61,530 nt of DNA. Origin: a virus. Shown here piece after piece: positions 1-9,258 of this stretch (the first letter of the stretch is position 1; the number at the start of each line of letters is the position of its first letter). Under the pieces are notes generated by a model. That model saw only the letters and a list, made by a program, of their open reading frames with translations. It had not been told where the DNA came from and did no database searches. The position numbers were made by a program, and so were the translations under genes. Location: UHGV virus genome UHGV-2167453. The stretch is one strand, 5' to 3'.

Positions 1-160
1 CCTGTCGCTGAGGATGCTCCGTAGTCTCCTGTCGCTGAGGATGCTCCACAGTTTCCTGTCGCTGAGGATGCTCCTTTGTATCCTGTCGCTGAGGATGCTC
101 CTTTGTATCCTGTCGCTGAGGATGCTCCGTAGTTTCCTGTCGCTGAGGATGCTCCTTTGT
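1..160. repeat. Tandem 27-nt repeat array (about 6 units of cctgtcgctgaggatgctcc + 7 variable nt) at window start; same unit as at window end
   Basis: Direct reading: 20 invariant + 7 variable nt per unit; in-frame on minus strand encoding GASSATGxx nonapeptides. Confidence 0.9.
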
Positions 161-503
161 AATCATCAGAATCCGCTTCTGGTTTTACTCTTTCTTTCGT
201 ATATTCAATAGCTGCTTCTACTAATCCTGCAATACTAAGTTTTGCACCAATTTTAATTTTTGTTGATGCAACTTTGGTATCTTCTGATTTTTTCGAAAGC
301 TTTCCACTCTGTTCAACTTCATGATATACACTTTCAGAAGGACTATAATAACTAAGACAATCCAACGGATATTCACAAGCATGGAATCCATTTTCACAAA
401 CTAATGCATTGCTTTCTTCATATTCTTTACCTTCCTCATACTGAAAACCTCTGCAAGTCATATCTTTTTTGAATCCTTTGTATGATTTAATAACTTCACT
501 CAT
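1..503 (-). CDS. 5' part of repeat-containing protein (N-terminal ~115-aa domain MSEVIKSYKGFKKDMTCRGFQYEEG... followed by GASSATG(Y/N/D)(Y/K/C) nonapeptide repeats); runs off window start
   Basis: ATG at 501-503 (minus), open frame continues in-frame into repeats; not in ORF track because truncated by window edge. Confidence 0.6.
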   Translation of the reverse strand, partial: MSEVIKSYKGFKKDMTCRGFQYEEGKEYEESNALVCENGFHACEYPLDCLSYYSPSESVYHEVEQSGKLSKKSEDTKVASTKIKIGAKLSIAGLVEAAIEYTKERVKPEADSDDYKGASSATGNYGASSATGYKGASSATGYKGASSATGNCGASSATGDYGASSAT

Positions 504-508
504 ATTCT

Positions 509-1039
509 CTATCCTTTCTCTTCAATCATTCCAACATTTCTGTTATCTGTAATTGCATTTCTGATAACTAAACTCATCTTACCGAACAGTGTTTCGATTC
601 TCACTTCTTCTCGGTAAGATCGCATGAAGTTTGAGCTAGCCACCTGTTCATTGTAATTTTTGTCTATTGCCCATGTTCTTAACTGACTAGGGCTGCCAAC
701 TGCTTTCTGAACAAGCTTCGGAAGTTTCTCAAATTCTTCATCAGCATAATACCCGCATCTTTTGAGTGCTTTGCTGACAAGCGACCATGCTTCTACTTCA
801 TTCATCTGTTTTGGTTGAGTAATGAACTGAATCTTCTCCATTAATTGTCCTGGGACTGGTGCAAAACCTTTTGTGTCTGATCTGATGTAAGCCATTAAAG
901 CTTGTTCAACAACGCTGTATTCTTCTTCTTCGAATATCTTCTGCCACATATTGACGGTGTATTGCTTGTCTTGCACATCCCATTGAGGATACGTGGCTTG
1001 AATCATCATTATGATTTGAATTGTTTCATTTTTTGTCAT
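509..1039 (-). CDS. Phage replication-module protein, possibly helicase loader/inhibitor (G39P-like)
   Basis: 176 aa; ATGA overlap with upstream replisome organizer; N-terminal ...ATYPQWDV...YTVNMWQKIF pattern recalled from G39P-like family (weak). Confidence 0.35.
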   Translation of the reverse strand: MTKNETIQIIMMIQATYPQWDVQDKQYTVNMWQKIFEEEEYSVVEQALMAYIRSDTKGFAPVPGQLMEKIQFITQPKQMNEVEAWSLVSKALKRCGYYADEEFEKLPKLVQKAVGSPSQLRTWAIDKNYNEQVASSNFMRSYREEVRIETLFGKMSLVIRNAITDNRNVGMIEEKG

Positions 1040-1767
1040 GTCCGTAACTCACTCCATTCAGAAATCTTTCCATTGGCAGAATTTGCAGTAGATGCACTCT
1101 GATTTAAGTAACTCTCAAATTTAGTACCGAACAATGTCTCTGGTCTCAAAAACTTGCTCATGTTCGTACCGTTCCACTCAGTGTATTTCTTGTCAATCAC
1201 TGCCTTGAAATCATCAACAGTGAAATGTTCATTCAGCCTTGCTTTAATATGCTTCTGAGTGCTTTGAGTTTGATATCTGTATCTTGCTCCGGTTCTCATA
1301 TTCAAGTACGATATGATTTCTTTGATTGACTCAATCTGACTGCTTGTTTCCTCAATTTGTGCGATTTCTCTATCATATGTAATCTTGTCAGTTGCCTGGA
1401 TGCATCTCTTATCCATCTGAGATTCATCAAGAGTGTAAACCTTGTTCTTTTTCAACCCAAGCATTTTCTTTTCGTCAATGCAATCGGTTGGCTTATATCG
1501 GTCAGATTGAATGTAGTTATGCATTCTCCAATGCTTGATTACGATAACACCACTTTCAAACGTCAGAATGAATCTCTTCCTAATTAACAAGTCATAATCA
1601 TCATTTGAAGCACCGCACGTTCTCTGAATCTTCCGTGGATTGCTGACAAATCCATCATCGTCAGCATTCATCGAAAGATGGAAGTAAAGCATCTGAGAGC
1701 TGCTAGGCATTCCCAAAAATTCATCTGATTCTGTGATTCTTTTCGTAAACATTCTTCTATCTCCCAA
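1036..1767 (-). CDS. Phage replisome organizer (N-terminal phage_rep_org_N-like domain + DnaD-like conserved phage C-terminus)
   Basis: MFTKRITESDEFLGMPSSSQMLYFHLSMNADDDGFVSNPRKI... and C-terminal ISYLNMRTGARYRY...KARLNEHFTVDDFKAVIDKKYTEWNG...FLRPETLFGTKFESYL. Confidence 0.75.
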   Translation of the reverse strand: MGDRRMFTKRITESDEFLGMPSSSQMLYFHLSMNADDDGFVSNPRKIQRTCGASNDDYDLLIRKRFILTFESGVIVIKHWRMHNYIQSDRYKPTDCIDEKKMLGLKKNKVYTLDESQMDKRCIQATDKITYDREIAQIEETSSQIESIKEIISYLNMRTGARYRYQTQSTQKHIKARLNEHFTVDDFKAVIDKKYTEWNGTNMSKFLRPETLFGTKFESYLNQSASTANSANGKISEWSELRT

Positions 1768-1768
1768 A

Positions 1769-2197
1769 TCAAGCTCCCCCTGGCTTTAATTCTGCCTTTC
1801 TTTGTAAATATCTCTTTCTGTCATATTCTTTCTTGTGTTCCATGTGAGATTTTCTCCACTTTTTACATTTTTTCGTATTGCAATCAGTGTCATAAGAACT
1901 GGAACGATTCTTTTTAATCCTTTCCTTATTCTTCAGATAATATTGTTTATTGTATTCAGAACGATCTCTTTTGACCGGATGCTCTTTCCTGTACAGCTTC
2001 TCTCTCTCTGCTCTGTATTCATTGTCCGTACCTTTATGATACTTTTCACCTGTTGACTCTTCGTAAAATTGATAGTCTCGATTATTAGTCTCTGACATAT
2101 CGCTTGACGTAAGTTCATCCCATCTACAATCGGAATACGGACAATTAAAACAATCTGGATGGCAACACTTTTTCGGCTTATGAAAACGGGAGTTCAT
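1769..2197 (-). CDS. Hypothetical basic Cys-cluster protein (CCHPDCFNCPYSDC), probable start MNSRFHKPKK
   Basis: SD gaaggtg 7 nt upstream of internal ATG at 2197; longer ORF-track start overlaps ssb. Confidence 0.4.
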   Translation of the reverse strand: MNSRFHKPKKCCHPDCFNCPYSDCRWDELTSSDMSETNNRDYQFYEESTGEKYHKGTDNEYRAEREKLYRKEHPVKRDRSEYNKQYYLKNKERIKKNRSSSYDTDCNTKKCKKWRKSHMEHKKEYDRKRYLQRKAELKPGGA

Positions 2198-2615
2198 CTT
2201 CAGCACCTTCAGGAATAGACATAAAATCGTCTCCGCTAGAACCGTATGGTGATTTTCCAGCTTCTGCATTGCTATGAGTGGAACTTTCATTGCTCTCTGA
2301 TTTACTCTGAGCGATTTCCTGTGACTCTACGATAATCTCTGTCGTAAAAACAGTCTGCCCATCTTTGTTCTTGTAACTGCCAGTCTGAATTCTTCCAGTA
2401 ATCGCAACTCTCATTCCTTTTCGGAAATATTTTTCTGTGAATTCTGCTGATTTTCCAAATACTGTGCAATTGATAAAATCAACTGTAGGATCACCGTCTC
2501 TTTTAAAACGCCTTTCAACTGCCAGTGAAAACTTTGCTACTGAAACACTTTCATTTTGTCCATATCTCACTTCAGGATCACGGACAAGTCTACCAACTAA
2601 ACTTACATTGTTCAT
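2178..2615 (-). CDS. ssb: Single-stranded DNA-binding protein
   Basis: OB-fold SSB sequence with acidic C-terminal tail DDFMSIPEGAEDELPFS. Confidence 0.9.
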   Translation of the reverse strand: MNNVSLVGRLVRDPEVRYGQNESVSVAKFSLAVERRFKRDGDPTVDFINCTVFGKSAEFTEKYFRKGMRVAITGRIQTGSYKNKDGQTVFTTEIIVESQEIAQSKSESNESSTHSNAEAGKSPYGSSGDDFMSIPEGAEDELPFS

Positions 2616-3004
2616 TCTTCTACCTCTTCAATTGTCACTTCTACTCTCGGTTTTTGCTTGTCAATATCAAATGATAGTGTTGGAGTGAGTACATCGTCCC
2701 AACCATCATTTCTGATAATTCTACATTTTTGCATCGCATCTTCAAAAGACTTAATAAAAGCAGAAGCAACATTCATCCTGTCGTGCATCTTGTTTTCACA
2801 ATAAAACGAATAATGAATAATTACAGGTCTTTCAATCTTTACGCCACGTAAATCCTTGCTCAGTTTGATGTACTTAGCGCAGATTGCATCATTTCTACTC
2901 TTTTCCGGATTACGATACTTCTTTGTCCGGTGGTCATACATTCTTCCACCTAAAAGCTCATTCAATCCGCTTTTAAACCCTTTAACAGTCACATGATATT
3001 CCAT
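2612..3004 (-). CDS. rusA: RusA-like Holliday junction resolvase
   Basis: 130 aa; DRMNVASAFIKSFEDAM and DGWDDVLTPTLSF...VEVTIEE resemble RusA D.DN and C-terminal LELTITE region. Confidence 0.5.
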   Translation of the reverse strand: MEYHVTVKGFKSGLNELLGGRMYDHRTKKYRNPEKSRNDAICAKYIKLSKDLRGVKIERPVIIHYSFYCENKMHDRMNVASAFIKSFEDAMQKCRIIRNDGWDDVLTPTLSFDIDKQKPRVEVTIEEVEE

Positions 3005-3858
3005 TACTTATCACCCTTTTTCTCGTTCTCTTCTTCCTCTTTCATCAGCTCTGAAATCTGACTTGCTGTCTTCGGTTGCTCGAACCAATCTGAGACGGTT
3101 GTTTCTTTGTGAATCAGACCGTTATAGATTCCGGTATATTCAACAAGTTCATCAGAAGTCATGGTCTCAACTTTGTGGTTCAGACGTTTCTCAATCATTT
3201 CCTGTGTCACGCCTTTCTTAGAGAAGTACGCAACCAGTGTTCTTACTCTGTCAGACAGTGGTAAGCTCTCTTCTCCCCTGAGAGTCTTCTTGCACTCATT
3301 GATACAGTTTTCGATAAGGTCAGGTGGCAAAATCGCAAGGATACGGCTTCTGAGTCTTCTTGCTCCATCGTTGGCAGTCTTCTCATAGATGTCACGCTGA
3401 GATGTGAGCTTGTCATTCCCGTACCGTGTCTCTCTGATATGCTCAACAGTAAAGTTCTGACTGGAAATAGTGTTCGTTTCCAAATCCCAAGCGTAAGCCT
3501 GCATTTCCGAACGTCCATCTTCGTGTGAAAGCTCTTTAATACCGTAATCCATGTTTCCGTAGCAGCGAGCAAGCTCCTCAGCAAATCTGATCGTAACTCC
3601 TGTGACAGTTTCTTTCCCTCTTGGATAAGAATAGAATGCACTTTTGGCAAATCCTTTCCGCTGACACGCTTCAATCGCCTTGGTGTAAGACTGTGTGTAG
3701 TTTCTAGGAAACTGTTTCGCAAGCAGAAGCTTTCCCTGTGCTTCTACCATGGCTCTGCTTGACTCAATAGCAACGGTTCCCTGATTTATTTTTGATGTAT
3801 CAGCCAGTGGAATTGTAGGTGTTCCTACCTGATACTCTTTTACTTCATTGTTTGACAT
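3004..3858 (-). CDS. recT: RecT-family single-strand annealing recombinase
   Basis: 284 aa with RecT-like core (...AYAWDLETN..., ERF/RecT context next to nuclease and SSB). Confidence 0.7.
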   Translation of the reverse strand: MSNNEVKEYQVGTPTIPLADTSKINQGTVAIESSRAMVEAQGKLLLAKQFPRNYTQSYTKAIEACQRKGFAKSAFYSYPRGKETVTGVTIRFAEELARCYGNMDYGIKELSHEDGRSEMQAYAWDLETNTISSQNFTVEHIRETRYGNDKLTSQRDIYEKTANDGARRLRSRILAILPPDLIENCINECKKTLRGEESLPLSDRVRTLVAYFSKKGVTQEMIEKRLNHKVETMTSDELVEYTGIYNGLIHKETTVSDWFEQPKTASQISELMKEEEENEKKGDK

Positions 3859-3872
3859 AGTTGTTTATCCTC

Positions 3873-4685
3873 CTATTCAAATTCTTTCTGTAACCATTTT
3901 GGCAATCCAAGACTCTGTACGTCCCCGGTTTCGCCCATGTATCCATACCAGTTGTCAGTAACCTTGCAGTTATGGTATATTTCCATCAAATCGTGAAATA
4001 GATTCTTTCCCTCAATCATCATGTATTCATCAGCTTGAAGAATGTTGATCGCATACGGCGGTTTCTTTTCCTGTGCCACGAAAATGAATATTGCATCTTC
4101 ACCAGTGTTCGCTTTGTACCCCTCGCAGTACATTCCGGCTTGCAGATCATATCCATATTTGATAGCCGTTGCTCTGAAAGCTTCTGTTTCTGCGTTGTCC
4201 GTGGTTTTATAGTCAACAAGGATGTGCTGATTTCCAATAATGGTAATATCATCCGGTCTGCACTTGCACTCTTCTCCTGTCTGTTCATCAGTCCAGAAAA
4301 ATGACTTTTCATGTTCACCGGAAAGAAGTCTCTTTGCAAACTTGTTGGAATCGATCACTTCTGCCATGGCTTTTATTTTCTCCATGTCATCAGAAGAAAC
4401 CACGTCTTTCCCCTCATTTTCTTCTAGCCACTTAGCATATTCTTCTTTTCCGGATTTAGTTCTCCTGTCCACGTTCAAAGCAACAGCAAATTCACTGTCA
4501 AAATCATCTCGCTCAAGAATATACTTGTGGCACGCACTTCCAAATATGAGTGCTGCTGTTTTGTCTTCCTTGTTCTCCATTGACCATTTAAAATGAAGTG
4601 GAGACTTTGTAATCTTGAACAAATCTGATTTACTGATTGCTGGATGCGCTCTATATTCGCTTTGTGGAATTGATAATCCAGCCAT
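3873..4685 (-). CDS. PD-(D/E)XK family exonuclease (RecT partner, YqaJ/Cas4-like)
   Basis: 270 aa; ...ILVDYKTT... D-x-K motif, Cys cluster CKCRPDD; operonic with recT. Confidence 0.65.
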   Translation of the reverse strand: MAGLSIPQSEYRAHPAISKSDLFKITKSPLHFKWSMENKEDKTAALIFGSACHKYILERDDFDSEFAVALNVDRRTKSGKEEYAKWLEENEGKDVVSSDDMEKIKAMAEVIDSNKFAKRLLSGEHEKSFFWTDEQTGEECKCRPDDITIIGNQHILVDYKTTDNAETEAFRATAIKYGYDLQAGMYCEGYKANTGEDAIFIFVAQEKKPPYAINILQADEYMMIEGKNLFHDLMEIYHNCKVTDNWYGYMGETGDVQSLGLPKWLQKEFE

Positions 4686-4882
4686 CAGAATTCCCCTCCC
4701 TCGTCTTCCTTATTGAATGGAATAAAACAAATACTTGCGATTTTCTTTTTATCAATATAATCACTTGATTCTGATTCGATTTCAGCACTGATATGTTCTT
4801 TCAATACCTTGAGTTCCGCTTCCTTTCTTAGCAATTCCATGAGTGTTACCATTGGAATAGTTACTTTTACAATCTCGTTCAT
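4685..4882 (-). CDS. Hypothetical small protein
   Basis: 65-aa ORF in early operon, start overlaps upstream stop. Confidence 0.4.
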   Translation of the reverse strand: MNEIVKVTIPMVTLMELLRKEAELKVLKEHISAEIESESSDYIDKKKIASICFIPFNKEDEGGEF

Positions 4883-5064
4883 ACAATCCTCCTATACTGA
4901 TCGTTTAAACAATCCTCACATAATATTTCTCCTGATATGCAGTACATATAATCTCCGTCATCGATTTTGCATCCACAACAAGTGCATTTTACATCAGGTT
5001 CTTCTGGTTCAAAGTTATCATCACATTTATACAAATCGGATAAGCACTCCTTTCTCTTTGTCAA
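4879..5064 (-). CDS. Hypothetical small Cys-rich protein (CTCCGC...CEDC zinc-ribbon-like)
   Basis: 61-aa ORF, four CxxC-type pairs. Confidence 0.4.
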   Translation of the reverse strand: MTKRKECLSDLYKCDDNFEPEEPDVKCTCCGCKIDDGDYMYCISGEILCEDCLNDQYRRIV

Positions 5065-5207
5065 TGATTGCTCTGTTTTTGCAATTCTTCCTTATTATAT
5101 GTAAGTATGCAAAATCTTCTAATGCACACTCCCATTCTTCCGGTTTTAATCCAGCAGCAGACACGATCTCTGATTCTTCTTCGGTAAGTCCTCTTGTTTT
5201 CATGGTT

Positions 5208-5368
5208 CATCTCCTAAATTTATCAATGCTCTTCGTCTTGTTCGTGTACTTATTGATAATCTTCAAGTAGAATTCTGTTTCCTCAAGAAGCATCCAGTCT
5301 TTGGCGTTCAGATAATGTGCTGCTACACACTTCTTTTGCCACAATGAAAGTTTCTTTGGTTGTTTCAT
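5208..5368 (-). CDS. Hypothetical small protein MKQPKKLSLWQKKCVAAHYLNAKDW... (53 aa, below ORF-track cutoff)
   Basis: ATG preceded by aggagga SD; read directly from sequence. Confidence 0.4.
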
Positions 5369-5635
5369 TTCTCCTCCTATGCTATTATTAAGTTGGTTTT
5401 ATAGCCGAGTGCCAGAAGGTTGCCTCCTTTGTTATGGGCACTCTTTTTAATATCCGCATATCGCCCATACCGCTGTCATAAGCAGTGGGATTGCTACCGC
5501 TATCACTCCAACAAGAAATGGTGTCAGGTCATCGTCAGATTCATCTTCTTCCATCACTGGTGGGTCTCTTCGGATATCAATTACTTCAAGCTTCTTCCTT
5601 TTGATATCAATTACATCTAACATTTATTTATCCTC

Positions 5636-5875
5636 TTAGTTACGAGGAATCATGTCCTCTGTCAGTGCGTAGAAATCGCTGAGGTACGCTCCGTCTTCTG
5701 TGATGCTTAAATCAACAGCAACGTTGCTCTCGTTCATCAGCATGATTCTCAACGCACACTCTTCTCCGATTGTTCCGCTACCAACATCTAAGACATTGAA
5801 CCCTTTCAGTGCGTGAAGTTCTTCAGAATCTCCATTAATTCTCTTATCGACAATCTTTTTCTTCATTGCTTTCAC
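5636..5875 (-). CDS. Hypothetical protein
   Basis: 79-aa ORF in early operon. Confidence 0.35.
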   Translation of the reverse strand: MKAMKKKIVDKRINGDSEELHALKGFNVLDVGSGTIGEECALRIMLMNESNVAVDLSITEDGAYLSDFYALTEDMIPRN

Positions 5876-5895
5876 CTCTCTTCATCAGTACCCAC

Positions 5896-6654
5896 TCACG
5901 CTGCCTGCTCAATCACCGGAACATATCCCTGTTTCTTTAACTCTTCATATAAGAATAGCCTTCCTTTCTGTGTCCATTCAGTCTGCATTGCAACATCAGG
6001 TCTTCCATCAGTTCTTGTAATATCAATCGTCCGGCTGTGAACATATCCATTATTTTGATATTTGGAATATAGAACCCATTGACCCCCGACCTTGTACTGA
6101 ATTTTTAATTCCTTAAGAATCTGATTAAACTTTCTTCCACTCATTCCATAGTCTTTTGCAATCTGCGTGATAGTTACCAATGATTTAGACTGCAAAATCT
6201 TATCAACATAATTTGCTTTTGGTTGTAGCTCAGTAATAATCTTCTGCTGTTCAATAACCTGTTCTCCGAGAAATTTGCATTGAGCTTTCACAGACTCAAT
6301 CGTTCTGTCAGCCATCTTCAATGCTCTAGCCATAATCTGCTCCGGTGTGTTCCAGGCTTTTTCTAGATCAATAAAGTATTGTCGCATCTCTTTTCCTTTT
6401 TCGGTTTTAGTCATCATGGAAATATGCTTTGCCATGTCTGTTGATAACAAGTAGTCATCAATCGTACGTTTTGCACCGTTGTTTACAACCGTAGGTTTGC
6501 CTACGCTCTGATAATCTACTTCATTTTCAAATACATCTGAGTATCTTGAGAACCACAAGCTAAATCTTTCTTTGATTCCAAGAGCTTCATGCAAATCTCT
6601 TGCCGATACTGTTGGTTCCTCTGTTTCAAAATTGATTTTTAGTAATTCGTTCAT
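5896..6654 (-). CDS. Phage antirepressor (AntA/Bro-N-like N-terminus + KilA-C/ORF6C-like C-terminus)
   Basis: 252 aa; N-terminal MNELLKINFETEEPTVSARDLHEALGIKERFSLWF... typical of Ant/Bro-N. Confidence 0.55.
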   Translation of the reverse strand: MNELLKINFETEEPTVSARDLHEALGIKERFSLWFSRYSDVFENEVDYQSVGKPTVVNNGAKRTIDDYLLSTDMAKHISMMTKTEKGKEMRQYFIDLEKAWNTPEQIMARALKMADRTIESVKAQCKFLGEQVIEQQKIITELQPKANYVDKILQSKSLVTITQIAKDYGMSGRKFNQILKELKIQYKVGGQWVLYSKYQNNGYVHSRTIDITRTDGRPDVAMQTEWTQKGRLFLYEELKKQGYVPVIEQAA

Positions 6655-6671
6655 CTTTCTCCTTTCTACTC

Positions 6672-7331
6672 TTACGCAATCTCCAAATAAGCCAAATCTT
6701 TGACCGTCTCAAGACGATTCTTGCAATCCTTGTAGATTTCTTTGTAGTGCTTTCCTTTCATTATCCCTAAATCAATCTCATGCAGAATGATGTTTCCCAT
6801 TAGAGACAAGTCATTTAATTGTTTCACAGTTGCTTCATCACGGTTCTTGACTCCTGCCATCTTGTTTGCCAGTTTTGAATAAGTCATGTAAAGCATCTCG
6901 GCATGACCACTTCCCTGTTCTTTGGCATATTCGACAAGTTTCTGAATTGTATCCGTCTCGGCTTTCCGAGTGAGTTTCCCATACTTCCTTGTCTCAACCC
7001 ATGCTTGAGTTGACTTTTCTCTAATGAAGCTTTCCATTTGATTGAAGGCTTTGATGTACTGCCATTTCCATTCATTAGCTTTGCTCCCAGTAAATCCCAT
7101 GACAAGAAATGTGAAGCCATCTCTGTTCATTACATACATTTTGTTTGATTTGCCAGTATCATCTTTATATGTAGATTGCTTAAAGCACTGAACGCAATTT
7201 TGCGTTGAGTCATTTTTTACAAGATTTTCAATGGATCTCATAACATCTGCATGTCTCTTTCCAAACTTCTCAGCGACTTGTAAGCTACTGCAAACTGCTT
7301 CATCGTTTTTCAAATAAACAAGTTCTTCCAT
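6672..7331 (-). CDS. Phage regulatory protein Rha family (antirepressor-like)
   Basis: VCSSLQVAEKFGKRHADVMRSIENL Rha signature; start MEELVYL with SD aaggagg. Confidence 0.65.
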   Translation of the reverse strand: MEELVYLKNDEAVCSSLQVAEKFGKRHADVMRSIENLVKNDSTQNCVQCFKQSTYKDDTGKSNKMYVMNRDGFTFLVMGFTGSKANEWKWQYIKAFNQMESFIREKSTQAWVETRKYGKLTRKAETDTIQKLVEYAKEQGSGHAEMLYMTYSKLANKMAGVKNRDEATVKQLNDLSLMGNIILHEIDLGIMKGKHYKEIYKDCKNRLETVKDLAYLEIA

Positions 7332-7378
7332 GTATCCTCCTTTCGTGATAAACTCTCTGTATTGGAGGTGCTTCATTT

Positions 7379-7726
7379 ATGACTGATATAAACTATCCAC
7401 AATACAGAATGTTGTGTAGGGCTAAAAAAGTAACATCAATGAATCCTAGTAAATTTTCAAAAGAAGAAACCGACATCTGCGAATTTCTATGTTCGTGTGG
7501 TTTCTTAACAAAAACTGAAAAACACGTTCGTGATTCAAACGGCAAAATAAACATTTTTGAATTTGAAGTAACAGGATACACAATCACACAAGCTGGGAAA
7601 GCTCAAATTTCTGTTTATCACCTTTCTTTTCACAAATGGTGGATTCCATTGATTATTTCTATCGCATCGCTTATCCTGACATACATAAATAAACTATTAG
7701 AATTATTTCAATTGCTAATACGATAG
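7379..7726 (+). CDS. Hypothetical protein with C-terminal transmembrane segment, plus strand, divergent from early operon
   Basis: 115 aa; SD ggaggtg 9 nt upstream. Confidence 0.4.
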   Translation: MTDINYPQYRMLCRAKKVTSMNPSKFSKEETDICEFLCSCGFLTKTEKHVRDSNGKINIFEFEVTGYTITQAGKAQISVYHLSFHKWWIPLIISIASLILTYINKLLELFQLLIR

Positions 7727-7859
7727 ACTGAACATACAACGGAAAGTTTGGAAATCTTAATCTGAAACACAATCTGTTTCCCGGATGGTCTTTAGAATAA
7801 TTTTTCCTTTCTTCCGGCGTAAGTTCATGACCCGTGATCACGATTACTTTCTTTTTCAT
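7671..7859 (-). CDS. Hypothetical small protein, first gene of early leftward operon
   Basis: 62-aa ORF downstream of cro-like gene. Confidence 0.35.
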   Translation of the reverse strand: MKKKVIVITGHELTPEERKNYSKDHPGNRLCFRLRFPNFPLYVQSIVLAIEIILIVYLCMSG

Positions 7860-7893
7860 ACTCTCTCCTTTCTCTGTTTTTAAATCCTAAATT

Positions 7894-8112
7894 TTAGGAT
7901 ACTTTTTGCACAAAAATAAAATCCATAGGAATTCCAGAAATTTCACTGATAGTTCTAAGCTGGCTTAAATCTGGTTCTGTTTTTCCAAGTTCCCAGTTAG
8001 TTACTGTAGATATTGAAACCCCAAGTTTTTCAGCGAATTCTCTCTGTTTCATTCTTGCGTTAACTCTACAAGCTGCGATAGAAATTCTAGGTACTTTGTA
8101 AGTATCAAACAT
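7894..8112 (-). CDS. XRE-family HTH regulator, Cro-like
   Basis: 72 aa; QREFAEKLGVSISTVTNWELGKTEPDLSQL HTH_3 motif; divergent from plus-strand repressor genes. Confidence 0.8.
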   Translation of the reverse strand: MFDTYKVPRISIAACRVNARMKQREFAEKLGVSISTVTNWELGKTEPDLSQLRTISEISGIPMDFIFVQKVS

Positions 8113-8261
8113 TTCGTTTCCCTCCTTTCGTTTGTTTCTGTGATTATACTATAATCCTATTTTTTCGGATTGTCAATACGTAAATTGATATTTTTAGGAT
8201 TTGTATTGAATTTTTTAGGATTGTGTGTTACTATATTCAATGCAAGAGAGGAGGTGTGAGA
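8113..8261. promoter_or_regulatory. Divergent promoter/operator region with repeated TTTAGGAT / ATCCTAAA motifs and -10 boxes
   Basis: tttaggat at ~8199 and ~8217, aatcctat ~8156; 17-bp palindrome atcctaaaTtttaggat at 7877-7893. Confidence 0.5.
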
Positions 8262-8648
8262 ATGTCATATACCGATGAAGAGCAAAAGAAGATATTTGCT
8301 AAGAACTTGAATTATTACATTGCCAAGAGCGGAAAACAACAAAAAGAAGTAGCCGAAGAGTTGGGATTTTCTTATACAACATTTAATACATGGTGTAAAG
8401 GAAAGATTCTTCCTAAAGCTGGTAAGATTCAAGAGATTGCTGATTATTTTAGAGTTTTGAAAACTCAGCTAACAGACGATCATCCATATATAGAAGATGA
8501 AGCGTTAGACGAATTCCTGAAAATTGTTCAGAAAATTGTTCAGACTGATGAAGATTTTGTGAATATGGTAATGGACTACTATTATATGGATGATGACAAG
8601 AAAAAACTTTTTTGTAACTTCTATAAAACGTTTATTTCAAAAAATTGA
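8262..8648 (+). CDS. XRE-family HTH transcriptional regulator (repressor-like)
   Basis: Start MSYTDEEQKKIFAKNLNYY with SD agaggaggtg; HTH QQKEVAEELGFSYTTFNTWCKGK. Confidence 0.7.
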   Translation: MSYTDEEQKKIFAKNLNYYIAKSGKQQKEVAEELGFSYTTFNTWCKGKILPKAGKIQEIADYFRVLKTQLTDDHPYIEDEALDEFLKIVQKIVQTDEDFVNMVMDYYYMDDDKKKLFCNFYKTFISKN

Positions 8649-8652
8649 GGAA

Positions 8653-8680
8653 GGGAGACTTACGTCTCCTTTCTTTTTTC
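8653..8680 (+). terminator. Rho-independent terminator
   Basis: ggagac-ttac-gtctcc hairpin followed by tttcttttttcc. Confidence 0.7.
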
Positions 8681-8853
8681 CTCTTCAAAACATACTTTTG
8701 CAAAATGGAACAACGTTTTCAAATTACTTTCATTTTCTATTTCATTCGTGTATTCGATAATTATTATTCTATAATATTCTTTTACGTCTCTATACTTCAT
8801 AGAAAACCCCTCCTAAAACTGCTATAAGAGAATTTAATAGTACTTGTTAAGAA

Positions 8854-9057
8854 TTAATCATTAATAAATTTGAAAATATCACTTGCAAGATTGTCAGCAC
8901 TGGTGTAAGATGCAAGAGGAAATCGATCAAATTGGTCTGACTTTGACTCCGGGACAATCGTTCCAATGTAGGAAGACAACTGTCTCATGTACTCAGTTTC
9001 ACCGATAATCGGTCTCACAGATAATAAGTATGCAATAGTGTTTAAAAATTCTTTCAT
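8854..9057 (-). CDS. Hypothetical protein, flanked by direct repeats agtacttgttaa
   Basis: 67-aa ORF (MKEFLNTIAYLL...), repeats at ~8835 and ~9112. Confidence 0.35.
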   Translation of the reverse strand: MKEFLNTIAYLLSVRPIIGETEYMRQLSSYIGTIVPESKSDQFDRFPLASYTSADNLASDIFKFIND

Positions 9058-9258
9058 GTGTTTGCCCTCCATTTCTAAAATATGTTTTAATTATAGCGGA
9101 AACGGAGAAAAAAGTACTTGTTAAATTTTTTATAATTATGCATTAATTTTTTTGTTCGCAATCTTGGAAAACAGGCATAAAAAATTATGTCTTTATTTTT
9201 TAAAATAGAATACACAATTTTTTGGTTGCGAAATAGCAAAAGGGAGGTAAAATTTTTT

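Noticed and set aside
1-160. Terminal repeat arrays as a possible CRISPR array
   Set aside because: Units are 27 nt with only a 7-nt variable block and no spacers. They are in-frame coding repeats, so this is not CRISPR.
14-211. Plus-strand 65-aa ORF (MLRSLLSLRML...) inside the terminal repeat array
   Set aside because: It is an out-of-frame, opposite-strand reading of the 27-nt repeats. The minus-strand frame continues into flanking unique coding sequence and is the plausible gene.
3243-3722. 159-aa minus-strand ORF within recT in another frame
   Set aside because: It is fully nested in the RecT coding region with no RBS, and is an alternate-frame artefact.
8645-8827. 60-aa plus ORF after the 8262-8648 terminator
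   Set aside because: It starts inside the terminator hairpin, is low complexity, and has no RBS.
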